A stretch of DNA of 64,000 nt from Paragordius varius (lineage: Eukaryota > Animalia > Nematomorpha). Of this stretch, positions 40,701 to 52,913 are shown one piece after another. Positions within the stretch are counted from its first letter, which is position 1. Each line of letters opens with the position of its first letter. The notes below the pieces were generated by a model that worked only from the letters and a program-made list of their open reading frames with translations, made no database searches and was not told the origin of the DNA. The translations under genes were made by a program, and so were the position numbers. The stretch is taken from NCBI GenBank assembly GCA_964247055.1, contig OZ176058.1, positions 2,170,001 to 2,234,000 of the forward strand, given 5' to 3'.

Positions 40701-43219
40701 TAACCTCATTTGTTGCGTTAACTCTTGTGCCATGGTTATTTCTCGGTCTTCAGGCGTCGTGGGCGGTTGTTTTAACAGCTGATCTGGTAGGGCCCAACCG
40801 CCCGTTTTCCAAGCAACGGGGTCTCCTTTAGCTAAATCCTCTAAGGCTTCTAACAGAGATTTTCGAACTTTTGTTTTAGCTCCTTTTTTATTCCTGCGTT
40901 TTCGGTTACTGTGACTTTTGGAATATGAGCTAGATATCAATAGTACACAGTAAAATATGTAAAATTATACGCAGACGAATTAAAAATATAAAAACATTTA
41001 TTTTTTTCAAAAGATAACTAGCCATATACTTTTTCGAACGCAAAATTCTTAATTTTCGCTGTATAACACATTGTAATTCATTTAATAACTATTGTTAAAT
41101 ATACAATTTACAATTAGAATTTACCCTCAAACAATTGCAATTTACCCTCGAACAATTCAAATTCACCCCCGAACAATTCAAATTCACCTACGAACAATTT
41201 AAATTCACCCTAAAAATAAATTATGTGTTTTCGCGCTAATATAACTGATTATTAATATGTATTACATCTGTATATTTTAGTTTTTTATTTTGTCCGTATT
41301 ATTTTAATTTTGAACAAATTATTTCATTTGTTAAAATGGGAAAATATAGGTAATTGTTAATTTTAAAACACAAAATTTATTTTTATGGTGGACTCGAATT
41401 GTTCGAGGGTCTGAATTCGAGTTGTTCAAGGGTGGATTTAAATGGTAAATCGTGGTAATTAATAACAAGACATTAATATATACTACATTAATAATTAAAT
41501 TGTTAAATAAAATTAATATATTATTGATTGTGTGTTAACCAATTTACATAACTATATCATACACCTCCATTATATAATAATGAGAGTTGTTCATAAAAAT
41601 CAAAAACCATTTACGATTCGAAATCACCCTCAAATAAATTAAATGTTTATTAAGATTAAAAATTACCTATATTTAAAAAAAAATTTTGTTTTAAATTAAA
41701 ATAATACTGGAAAATAATTAACATGCCATAAAGATATATTTTATATTATTATTATGTTATATTAGTAAAACACATAATTTATTTTTAGGGTAAATTTAAA
41801 CTGTAAATGGTATATATAAACGAGTCATTTGTAAAAAACATCTGTCTTTATGTTTTTACGTATTTTTTGTGCATATAATTTTAATTTTTACTGTATGTTA
41901 TTTGCATCATTTGTTGTACTATTATAATCGTCAATCAAAATTTCCGAATTTAAACTTTGATGTCCTCTGTTTTTTAGCTTAGTAGCGCAATTCGAATTTC
42001 TAGAATTTTCTGTTAAGCCACCCCCAAGAGTAGTGGAGGATACAGTTCCTTGGGCTGAGGTAATACTTTCTTCGCACATGGAAAAAGTGGAATTTATGGT
42101 ATCGCCTTTATTTGAATTGTCGCAATTATTATTAGTAATTGAATTGGAATATGAACAATAGTAAGTGCTATCATTACCATTGCAATTGGAATTCGTATTG
42201 GAATCATTTTTGATTAAAGAGGTTATATTTAAGTTTTTGGATAAATTAGATGTATGTACAGCCGTGTTTTGTGGTGGTGAATATAAATATTCTTTAGGGG
42301 TGGTTTTAGTAGATCGGCTCTGCCCAAAAGGCAAAGAAGGCGTTAAAGTTCCCGTCAATTTCGGCGAACTAATAAGATATGTTGAGTTTGCTTGGTTATT
42401 TTCAAGCGAATGTTTAGCTGAATTCTGGCTAATGAGCTGACTAGGTTTCAACAAAATCTCTTGTTGATTATTTTCAGTTGTAACTGTCCTATTAGTTTTT
42501 GAATGTGGCCTTAAACTATTTCTACTATTTCGACTATTTCGATCTCTACTGTTACGCTTCAAGTTAACAGCTGATGAAGGGAGTGGAGATGGCGCATATT
42601 TCTCCACCATATCTTGATCGGGCGATGAAAGTTCACCCAAATAACCCTGATTGCAGGCACCCTGGGTACAATTGTTAAATTTTGTGGTTTGGGTTATTTT
42701 TTGCCCTCTTTTTGACTGGTGATGATTTTGAACAAAATTCTTAGAATCCTGAGAACTCTGAGAATTGATTTCAAAATTTGGTCGCCTAAAACTATTATTT
42801 CTAGCAGAAGATGGTAACCTTGGTATAATGGAAACAGTTAAGGGTACACCATTATTATTGTTGCTTTTTGCATCATGATGAGAATATTCTAAATGTTTAT
42901 TTTTATAACAACGAGCTCGACATCGATAAATAACCCAAAATATAAGGGCACCTAAAACAAAAAGTATAATGAAACATGTCCCAACTACCGTAATCCAAAA
43001 TAGTGTTAATACATATCTTTCCCTTTCATCTATCGATTGATTATTACCCAAAATAAAATTTTCTTTCAACATGAAATTTCCTTGAGTAGTATTATTAGTA
43101 GTTGAAATTTTAACTGTAGAATTTAACGGAGCAGCAGGGTTGGTTTTTTTATTGAGTTTGGTAGAAATTATACGTAAGACAAGATCTTGGAATGATAATC
43201 GGTTTTTTTGTTGAGTCAT
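36713..43219 (-). CDS. Orphan single-pass membrane protein, 4 exons, ~790 aa, long Ser/Asn/Thr-rich cytoplasmic tail
   Basis: complement join 43219-41892, 40929-40705, 38483-38129, 37177-36713. Links four ORF-track ORFs through GT-AG introns of phases 2, 2 and 0 with no stop (2373 nt). One hydrophobic segment VLTLFWITVVGTCFIILFVLGALIFWVIY followed by RCRARCYKNK. Ends ..VVREIQELTKF*. No recognised domain. Confidence 0.7.
38784..39298. mobile_element. piggyBac-type MITE in intron 2 of the membrane-protein gene
   Basis: TTAA|CACTTGGATACAACAC..TTCGATTCAAATTGGGGTAATTAGATACCCCAG and ..CTGGGGTATTTAGATAACCCAATATAATCGAAG..TTAA. Confidence 0.68.
40948..41893. mobile_element. MITE-B carrying two nested MITE-A copies; occupies nearly all of intron 1 of the membrane-protein gene
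   Basis: CAGTAAAATATGTAAAATTATACGCAGACG at 40948 and ..GCATATAATTTTAATTTTTACTG at 41893. MITE-A copies at about 41085-41448 and 41607-41810. Confidence 0.75.
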
Positions 43220-43574
43220 GCGGGGGTTATTAAAAATTTACATTTTCTGATCATACATTATTTGACTATCTTTTTGATGCTGAAAATTTTGTTGAGTATA
43301 CATCTTTCTTGAATAATTTTATAAAGAATATTCATATTTCTTCTGCATTTACGAATTTTTGAACATTTTGAATTCATTTCTATGTATTAACAAGAAAAAT
43401 TTATAATTAAATATTATAGGTGCAAAAAAAGGTGCAAAAAGATTTACAAATACGTGATATAAAATATATAAACTTTATTTTAATATTTTAGAAAATACTA
43501 TAACCTGATAAAATTTATTTCAAAAAGTAATAGGCAAAAAAATGACCTAAAGCCATTTTACTTTATATTTTTTA

Positions 43575-44020
43575 ATGCTTTTTTGAGAGACGACACAACA
43601 AATGATAATAAGAGTAAAAATGTTTATGGGACATATTTAAAATTAAATATAAAATCAAAAAATATTTTTATATTAAATTTAAAAATATAATTCAAATTAA
43701 ATATAATTTTATTGTAAAAATTGATATATTACAGATAAAGGGTAAAAATTAAGCGTAAAATATTATTATAAATAAAGGACATACATAATTTAAATCAACT
43801 TTTTGAAAGACGACACAACAAATGAAAATAATAAAAAAATGTTTATGGGACATATTTAAAATTAAAGATAAAATCAAAAAAGTCGAAAAAATTGAAATAA
43901 AATAATTTTAATTAATTTATAAATTTATGGTAAAAATTGTTATTATACAGATAAGTGGTAAAAATTAAGCGAAAAATAATATTATAAATAAAGGACAAAC
44001 ATAATTTAAATCAAGATTTT
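43575..44020. repeat. Tandem duplication, ~225-bp period, two copies
   Basis: gacgacacaacaaatga..atgtttatgggacatatttaaaattaaa..acagataa..ggtaaaaattaagcg..ataaaggaca.acataatttaaatcaa occurs twice. Confidence 0.7.
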
Positions 44021-45564
44021 TCAAATATCACTCTTTGCTTTGGGTTGCAGAACAAGGAATTTATATATATTTCAAACTTGTAATAAATAGAGTTTATTTA
44101 AATAAATCATAGTTTAAAATAGTATGATTGCCTTTAAACTTACATTTTGTCTGTATAATTAAATTTAGAAAAATTTTTTATAAAAAAATCTGTTAATTAA
44201 AATATTTTTGAACCTGTTAATACCTGTATGTAAGGATATCATTGAGCGAATTTCGAATTTTGTGATAGAAGTTATATTCGGATATTTGAGATTTCAAATA
44301 TTAAAAATTTTAAATTTAGAATGAATATAAAGGCATATTAAAAATACATTTTCGCCGCGCGGATTAAATATAGAGTAAAATAAATTTATATCAGATCATC
44401 ATTGTAAAAATTTTAATTAAACCTTAAAAAATTTGTATTACGTTTTTAAATCAAACATATTATAATATAAAATGATAAATAAATGTTAGTTTTGGCTATA
44501 AAGGTAAAAAAAAATTTTTTGCGTCTTAAAGTAAATAAATAAACACAATATAATGAAATAAAATGAAAAGGTTACTTGCTTAGCCTTTTTGCTTTGCTAT
44601 TAGCTAAATTTGTATAGATATAAAAAATTTAGCTTACTCCCCCCTTGTATTTTTGCCTCCCCCCTCCCCTTATATGTATGTAGCTCTTGTGTTACACCTG
44701 TATTTGTTGTATTTTTTATTTCATTCAGTTCGTTTATTTGCTTTTTGTTTTATTACGCGAATAGATACCTAATTTTTTTGCATACATTTTTAGTTAAACC
44801 TTTTGTATTTTTTATATTTGAACAAAAAAATAAAATTTGAACATTGTTTATTATATGATGTAATTTAAAATAATCATTTATCTTACCTGAATATTATTTT
44901 TTAAAATTATATTTAAAGGGCCAATAATATAAAGAATTTCACAAAATCCATTTGATTTTAATTTAATTTTTCCAAATTTTTGGGTAGTTATACAAACTTT
45001 AAAGACAAATATTTTTTTCAAAAGACAACCAACCATACTTTTGATTTTTTCAAACATAACTTAATGTTTTAAACTGCAATGTATGAAATAGAGATATAAA
45101 TCATTTATATATTTAAATATAGAATTTTAGGTAAAAAAAGTATGGTATGTCTTTTAATATAGTTGTATTTTCGTTTTTGAATTTGGTCTATAATTTTGCT
45201 TTAAACAATGTATTAACTGCCTAAAATACAGTAATAACTGGAATTAATCAATTTTTTTAAAACCATACCTTAAACCTTAAATTTTCCTGTACAAAATTAT
45301 TTAAATACGATTTTATGATACATAATTGATTGTGTTACCAATTTACATCCCTATATTATAGTTTGCAGTTTAAAGCTACGCGTTATATTTCAAAAAAATA
45401 AGTTTTCAAAAGTGCAGCGGTCTATTTAAAAAAACTATTTGCCTTTATATTTTTACGTGTTCTGTCTATATATTTTCAATTTCTACTCGATAAATTAACC
45501 AACAATAGCGGTTATTTAATTGAAAAAATATATGACTAATACCCAAGTATATATTTACCATTAT

Positions 45565-45842
45565 ACCATTACAATTAAATCACCCTTGAACAATTCAAAT
45601 TCTAATTATGTGTTTTCGGGATAATATAACTCATCGATAGGAAATATATTTTTACGACATAGTTTATTATTCTTTGAGCATTTTATTAATCCTGAATTTC
45701 ATATTTTAAAATATTATAAAATAAAAGTAATTTTTAATCTAAAAACACACTTTTAGGGTGAATTTGAATGGTTCAATGGATAATTTGAATTGTTCAAGGG
45801 TAAATTTTAAGTTTTCAAGGGTCAATTTAAATTCTAAATGGA
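45565..45842. mobile_element. MITE family A copy followed by (TA)n
   Basis: taccattacaattaaatcacccttgaacaattc..tagggtgaatttgaatggttcaa..ttctaaatgg. Confidence 0.62.
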
Positions 45843-45862
45843 ATATATATATATATATATAT

Positions 45863-46041
45863 TATGCATTTGCTTATTTGACACTATAGTAGGGCAATTT
45901 GCAATCGTCACAGTAGTGTATGGAAAAAACTACAAAATGTTGAATAAAGAATTTATTCCTTTCTTTTTTCCATACACTCCTGTCCAGGGTGTTGCGAATT
46001 GTCATACTATAGTGTGAAATAAGCGACTATTAAAATGCATA
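45863..46041. mobile_element. Small MITE-like inverted-repeat element, ~180 bp
   Basis: cttatttgacactatagtagggcaatttgcaa..gtagtgtatggaaaaaa is mirrored by ttttttccatacactcc..ttgcgaattgtcatactatagtgtgaaataag. Confidence 0.6.
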
Positions 46042-46481
46042 CTGATTAAACACAATCTAACCATAAAAACGCTACTATACAATAGTGTATGATATAATAT
46101 ATTATTAGTCCATAACTAAATTAAGTAAAAGTATGGATAAAACATTGGGAAAAAGTCTTTTATTACAACCAATTGTTGGTTGTAACCGTTCGTCACTGTA
46201 AAGTGAACCAACATTTTTGCATTAATTTTTAAGGGCCCCATATATTATTTATTGAAAAATATTCTTTATAAAAGATAAGCTTTAATACTTACAGTTAGGA
46301 AAATATTAAATTAAAAATGTTTTTAGTTTTTTTTCTTCAAACATTGTTAGATTTATAAAAGAAAAAATAATGAAATGCAAATTTTAAAATCTCACATACA
46401 AATTATAAATAAAAGTTAAATGGTTTTTAAAAATACAGCCATATACATTTTTAGACCATCTTTCTTCTACATAATTTAAAT

Positions 46482-46945
46482 CAGTGGTTTCTAGCGTAGA
46501 AAAATCTGGGGGGGGGGGGGGGGGGGGTGAAATCTGTAAAATTAAGTTAAAAAATAAAACTCGAAACAAATTGATGGTTAATGAGGATCTCAGGTACAAA
46601 TAATCAAGATTAGTCTTCAATATGGGAAAAATTTAACAATTTCAGATTCATGGATCTATTTTTGTAATATATATTTTATGAGTGGGTAACGACGAGGGTT
46701 TGTAATGTAAATAATGTTAAAATCGTCGTAAAATAACGTAAAAATAAAATATAATGTATGAATTCTCAACGCCATAGATATCATCAGGAGATTAGTTAAG
46801 AAAAATATATATAATAATATAAGATAATAGAAATTAAATTTTATAGTTGTAAATTTGTTTTTTAGAGGGGGGGGTGGGGCACAAAAATAGTTTTTTAAGT
46901 TCGTGGGGCGTGTTAACAAAAAACGGTTGGGAACTAATATGAAAA
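46482..46945. mobile_element. Degenerate hAT (Charlie-like) MITE with G tracts
   Basis: Left CAGTGGTTTC.. followed by G20 (46508-46527). Right ..GGGGGGGTGGGGC..AAACGGTTGGGAAC resembles the reverse complement of the hAT end CAGTGGTTCCCAACC. No 8-bp TSD confirmed. Confidence 0.45.
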
Positions 46946-47874
46946 TGGTTACAAATCAATATGTGTAAAACTTGCTTTTTACAGTAAAAATTAAAATTAT
47001 ACGGACAAAACTTAAAAATATAAAGACAAATATTTTTTTCTAAAAGACAACCATACTTTTTTAAACCTTAATTTTTTTTAATACAAGCTATTTAGTTACA
47101 ATTGTTAATTATAGAATTGATTGTGTTAGTTATATATATCTCTATTTCACACTTTGCCATTTAAAACAATGAGTTATATTGAAATAAATCATGATTTAAA
47201 ATGACATATCATTTCGGGTCGCGAAATATGGAAGAAAGGTGACAAATTATATTGACAATCATTTACAGTAAAAATTGTAATTATACGGACAAAACGTTTT
47301 AAAATTTAAAGACAAATTAATATTATTATGTGAGTTATGATTGAATTAGTTTATTAATGTGAATTTTAGATTCCCACAAATAATCTTTGTCAAACGTAAA
47401 AAATTAAATAATATAAACTAAAAAGTAAGGTATAAATTGAATATTAAATTAGAAATGAAATTAAGACTGGTTTTTTCACTAGGCAACCATACTTTTTAAG
47501 TTTGATTTCATATGACTGATGGTTTCAAAATGCAAAGTATATAATAAAGACTTTATACTGGTGACAAAATGCATTATGGATTTTACGATTGTAATTGAAT
47601 GATTTTTATGATAAAAGTATGGGGTTGTCATTTGAAAAAATATTTGCCTTTATATTCTAACTTTTTGTCCGTATAATAAATGTAATTTTTATATTTCATA
47701 GATGTAAAAATCTTTAGAGTGACGATCCCGTGGGCAATTTCATTATTAATTAATTTTTCCATTGAATAATTTCTTAGAAATACATATATATTATGAGGAA
47801 TATATTTAATAATTAATATGGTTTGCTAACATAGAGTTTTAAAAATAGCTTTGGTTGTTAGGACATAATATATA

Positions 47875-48422
47875 CCATTTACACTTCAAATTTACCCTCG
47901 AACAATTCAAATTTATCCTAAAATAAATTATGTATTTTTTAAAGTTAGAAATAAACTATATTTTTTTAATATTTAAAAAAGGAAATTTTGTTTAAAATTA
48001 TATTAGACAATAAAAAATAATATATGCCATAAGGGCATATTTAATATTAATGATAAGTTACAGTAAAAATTAAAATTATACGGACAAAATATAAAATTTT
48101 TTTTTCAACAGACAACCATACTAAACCTTAATTTATCAAAAAACAACCACAATCATAACTTACAAATTGATTGGGTTACTAATTTATATTTTTAAATTAT
48201 ACTTTGTAGTTTAAAACAATGATTTATATTCAAAAAATTAAAGGTTTAAAAAGTATGGTTGTCTTTTAGAAAAAAATATTTGTCTTCATATTTTCACGTT
48301 TTGTCCGTATAATTACTATTTTTACTGTATATTAGCCCGAAAATTGTTTTATTTTTAGGGTGAATTACAATTTGTTCAAGGGTGATTTTAATTATTCAAG
48401 GGTGAATTTGAATGATTAATGG
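47875..48422. mobile_element. MITE-A interrupted by a MITE-B (48061-48327) with a clean TA duplication
   Basis: The MITE-A sequence gataagtTAtattag(a/c)cgaaa seen in intact copies (e.g. about 27772-27793) is split here as aagtTA[CAGT..ACTG]TAtattagcccgaaa. Confidence 0.8.
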
Positions 48423-48709
48423 TATATATAAAGATAGAAAAAAGTTTTAAGACACCGATGGTAACAAATGGATTATATTGGTCTATACATTTGTGACATT
48501 ATGAGAAATAAATTTTAATACAAATATATAAGGAATCAAAATTTTAGTTTTAAAACTTTCAGTCAAAAAATTCAATCTAATTTAAAGAAGAATATACAAT
48601 AAATAATTTTTTTCCAAAAAAGGTTGAATTTTTATTTTTTTACAATTTTTTACAATTTTTAGCTTCCACCCACCCCCCATCTTTTTAATCATTTTTTTAA
48701 TTTTTTTTC

Positions 48710-49085
48710 AACTATTTATATTTGATGTGTGGCAAAAACTCATATTTGTCTAGAAAACATTGATAAAAGCATACTTTGCTCGAATGTTTAGTCAAAAGAA
48801 AGGACCGATTAATTTTTAGATAATACGGAAATGAAAACCGCTATCTATCTCGACCTAGATATAGGGTATATCTTACGGTGGAGCATAAACTTATAATAAA
48901 TTATTTTTTTAACTATTTATATTTGGTGTGTGGCAAAAACTTAAATTTGTCTTGAAAAAAATTGATAAAAGCAATACTTTTGAATGCTTAGTCAGAAGAA
49001 AAGACAACCCAATTTCTAGAAAATACGGAAATCCAGCCTCTTGACCCTAGATATAGGGCATATCTTACGGTAGAAGATAATTATA
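48710..49085. repeat. Tandem duplication, ~200-bp period, two copies
   Basis: aactatttatatttg.tgtgtggcaaaaact..ttgataaaagca..aatacggaaat..gacc.tagatataggg.atatcttacggt.ga occurs twice. Confidence 0.7.
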
Positions 49086-50464
49086 GTCATATATTATTTA
49101 TCCTAACCTCGGTATAGAAGTGAGCAAGAATATTTATACGGATTTATATAAAATGGCAGTTTTTGCCACTTGTTTATGTGTAAAGATCTTTTTCCACATT
49201 GAAATATATTTTATCTGATACGAGTAGGCAGAATGCCCATTGGTTTATTATGTATATGCTATAATTTTTGTTAAATTAAATACAAAATAATAAATTCAAT
49301 TATATTGTTAATTTTTGATTAGTTAAACCAGTAGTATAAAAAAATGAAACGAGCAAAGAATTGTAGAACGAGGAGACTATTATTTTGACGAAAGCAAAAG
49401 GAATTGGAATCTATTTTTTGACAAAAATCAATAGAACCGGAACCGAAATTATAATCAAAAAACTGATACCAGAACATATGTATTTGATATATTTAAATCA
49501 CTTGAGAACTTTGATTAAAATATTGTTCTTTCTACATATTTAAAAAATGTGTTTTTTACATAAATTGACCCCAATTCAAAAGAAAACGAACTCTATAAAA
49601 TTAAAAAGTGAAATGTTCAGATAATTGAATATAATTTTTTTTAAATATCTGAAGCGTTTATATATTGTTTCCATAATGCTTCAAAAAGCCATAAAGTACG
49701 TCTTAATAAAATTTTGATGAAAATTAAATTTTTGATAAGAATATGCATTTTTTAGAACTATTTTTGTTTAATATAAAAAATTTAGAATATATTTGAAATT
49801 TATATTGCGTAATCTCAGTATTTATGCGTTTATCATAATATTTTTTGAAATATTTTTTTAAATTTATATATGTAGTTTATGAATTTTAGTAATTTAGGAA
49901 AGCTTCCAACTTTGACCAAAAATATTTATTTTAAAAAATGAGCGCAAATTTTGCCATTTTTTTGTTATGGAAAACTTACCACAAAAGTTAAATGACTCGC
50001 AGTGACGTACCGAAAAAACTACAAACCTTGTAACCTAAACACCATAGATAAGACAGCACAGTCATATAATAAATTTATTAAATTTATATATTTATATGAT
50101 ACTAAATTTATTCATTTTTAAATACATAAATATTCAAATAAATTCTATAATATGGAAATCGAAATTATATATAAAAATAATGTTTTTGTTGTATAATTGA
50201 ATTGATCTTATGATCGAACAATAATAATTTAAAAAATAATTGTAAATCTAGGCGAATTTTACGATACAATTTTAACAGAATTATAATGCAATTTATTTAA
50301 TAAAATATTAAGTATATGAAGATTATATCACTTGGAACGGGAAAAGGCAAATAAGAGAAAAAATAACTTTTATGTAAAAAATTTTCTGGTACCTAAATTC
50401 TGAAAAATCTCATTTTAAAATTCTTATTATTTTTGCATAACTATAATTTAATTTAAAAAAATTA

Positions 50465-50541
50465 TTTAGGTGCCCCTAAATAACGGCGCCCGAGACATGA
50501 TGCACCCCCTTGCCCCCCCCCCCCCCCCTCGGTACGCCCTT
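50465..50541 (-). mobile_element. Solitary GC-rich hAT-type terminus
   Basis: Reverse complement reads CAAGGGCGTACCGAGGGGG(G)nCAAGGGGGTGCATCATGTCTCGGGCGCC, the common CAGGGGCGTA-type MITE end. No partner end was found. Confidence 0.45.
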
Positions 50542-50603
50542 GATGACTCTGTAAGGGCCAAAACCAAAAGCACCATGATAATTCAACATCTTTATATCAC
50601 AAT

Positions 50604-51617
50604 GGGTGGGGTGATAAAAAAGTCGCACTTGACTTGTAAGCCAAGCCTGGCAAGTTGAGCAAGATTACTTAAGCCAGCAATTGTACACTTGAAGATCGGT
50701 GATAAAAAACACTTTAGTCAAGTCTTTTGCTTTTGAATGTAACAGTTTTTTGCCACCCAATTCGAATTTTATGGAAACTTTTTTGATCATTTTCAGCCAA
50801 AATTTAAGAAATAAGGCACAAAAAGATAAGCAATTAATACAATATGCATTTAGTGAAGTTTTTCGAACTCACTGTCACGTATCTTATTTAATATTATAGA
50901 GCTTTTTTAATATTGAGCCTGGTAATAATTTTTAGATCGACCATTCGCCCTTGAAACACTTTCCAAACCACACTACTTATTTTGTTTGAAGTCCATTTGC
51001 AAATATAATGGGAAGATGTTCATACAATATAACATATTATTATTTTTAATTGATTATCATCAACATTACATTCGAAATTAATTTATGATGAAATAAATTC
51101 TATACATTAGTTATTAGAGAAGTAACCTTTAGCTTTTAATAAGAAGAGAAATTTTATAAGATTAATATTTAATTAGTTTTAGAAATTTTCGAGAAATAAA
51201 CTTTTTTACTTTCACGAAATAGATATATTTGGCATATATTTTTAAGCCATGATTAGCAGAATTTTTCAAAAATTTAACCACTATTTTATCCACCCAATGA
51301 ATAGAATAATTAACCAAAATTTATCAAATTAACGATTTATAGCATTAACAAAGGTTTAAATTACATATAAAATTTAAATTTTATACATAAATAGTTTCCA
51401 AAATTGTTTCTATATTTTTAAATCTGTCAAGTGTGCCCTGCACCACACTTGCAAAATCCATAAGTTTTAGTTGATCATATGATTTTTTATCACCTCCGAA
51501 TCAAGTTTTCTTGCTTGACTTAAGTCGTGTAATGTTAAATTTTTTTTATCACATGAAAGCAAGCATGACTTGAAAAACTTGCAAGTCAAATCAAAAAATT
51601 TTTTTATTACCCCACCC
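50604..51617. mobile_element. 1014-bp TIR element with GGG termini and a 3-bp AAT target-site duplication (PIF/Harbinger-related)
   Basis: AAT|GGGTGGGGTGATAAAAAA..CTTGACTTGTAAG and CTTGCAAGTCAAA..TTTTTTATTACCCCACCC|AAT. Second inverted pair ggtgataaaaaa/ttttttatcacc. No intact ORF inside. Confidence 0.65.
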
Positions 51618-51719
51618 AATTAGGTTATTTTTTGTTGACATTGTGTAAGCGAAGAGAGTGTATAGTGCAGTAAAATTTTGTCCAAAATTATTGTTAAAAT
51701 ATTGAAAAATAATGTTTAA

Positions 51720-52237
51720 CACCTAAATTCAATTTAGACTATCTTAATACCCCAGACATTTATTAAATTGATAAAAAACTACTGAAAGAAACGTCTCTAA
51801 TTTAAATTTATGTTTCTATCGTAATAAAAATAAATAAGCTGAAATATGTGAATAAAATTTAGTTTAAAAAATTATTCCGTACTTGGAGGCCGTTTTAATT
51901 TTACCAAATATCATGTTTACTTTTTTTAAGCTTTAAATTATAATTTTATATAAAAATCACATTTAATATTAAAATAAGCAAAAAAGTGTATGGAATTATA
52001 TTTGCATTTAGCTTATGCACACATGTCATGTGACATTTTTACTTTTGGGTTTAACCTCTGGATAAATATTATCAAGGATTTTCGATTGGTTCTCTATTAC
52101 TCGGTTCCTTAATGTTATATAAGTGCAACCTTTTGCCATGGCTTAAATTTAGTTCATATTTTAAATATTTAATTTTAGCCTGCGGTATTTAACTGCTCTA
52201 ATTTAAATCGAAGGACTAAAATGTGTTTTATCCAAGT
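51720..52237. mobile_element. piggyBac-type MITE, inverted relative to the other two copies
   Basis: TTAA|CACCTAAATTCAA..AATACCCCAGAC left end. Internal gcttatgcacacatgtcatg and aaatcgaaggactaaaatgtg..atccaag are reverse complements of motifs in 30697-31239 and 38784-39298. Confidence 0.6.
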
Positions 52238-52913
52238 TTTATTTCAAATATTTATTGTTATACTTAAGAAAAGTTGAAATTATTCAGAAAAAATGTAAAA
52301 CCTAAAATAAAAACACAGAATACTCTTTTCTTGATTATTAGAATATTACCATTTTGCTTGCAAAATCTATTCATATAAAATTAATTATAGAATATGTCAA
52401 AAAATTATTTTATTATATTTAAAACCCAAAATTACATGATTTGGCTAAACTCAACGATTAATTTTGATCAATTACCATAAAAATACTTTCAAGTATGCTC
52501 GCCAAAAAATCTCACACATTTTTTTATAAATTTTAACTGATTTTAAATGCTTTTTTACTTAACACATTTAATCTCACTAATACAGGTTGAACACAAACGG
52601 AATATACCTAAATAAAATGATATTTTTTTGAACTAAACTAATTCCAATTTTTAATATGGGCGCCAAAATGGTTTATATTTTTTATTATATTATTCTGAGT
52701 TTGGTAGTTGTATTTGTGTTCTGCTTACCATATCATCGCTAAAACACTCATTTTAGGGGATTCATACACAGATAGAATCAGTGAAAACGCTCATTGCAGA
52801 CGAATTTTAAAGTAAAATTAGTTTAAAATCATAGTTTTTATTATTTGTGTCTGCTTGGTGTCCTTTAGTAGTTAAGAAACACATATTGCATGGACTTAAA
52901 GTAACAACCACAA

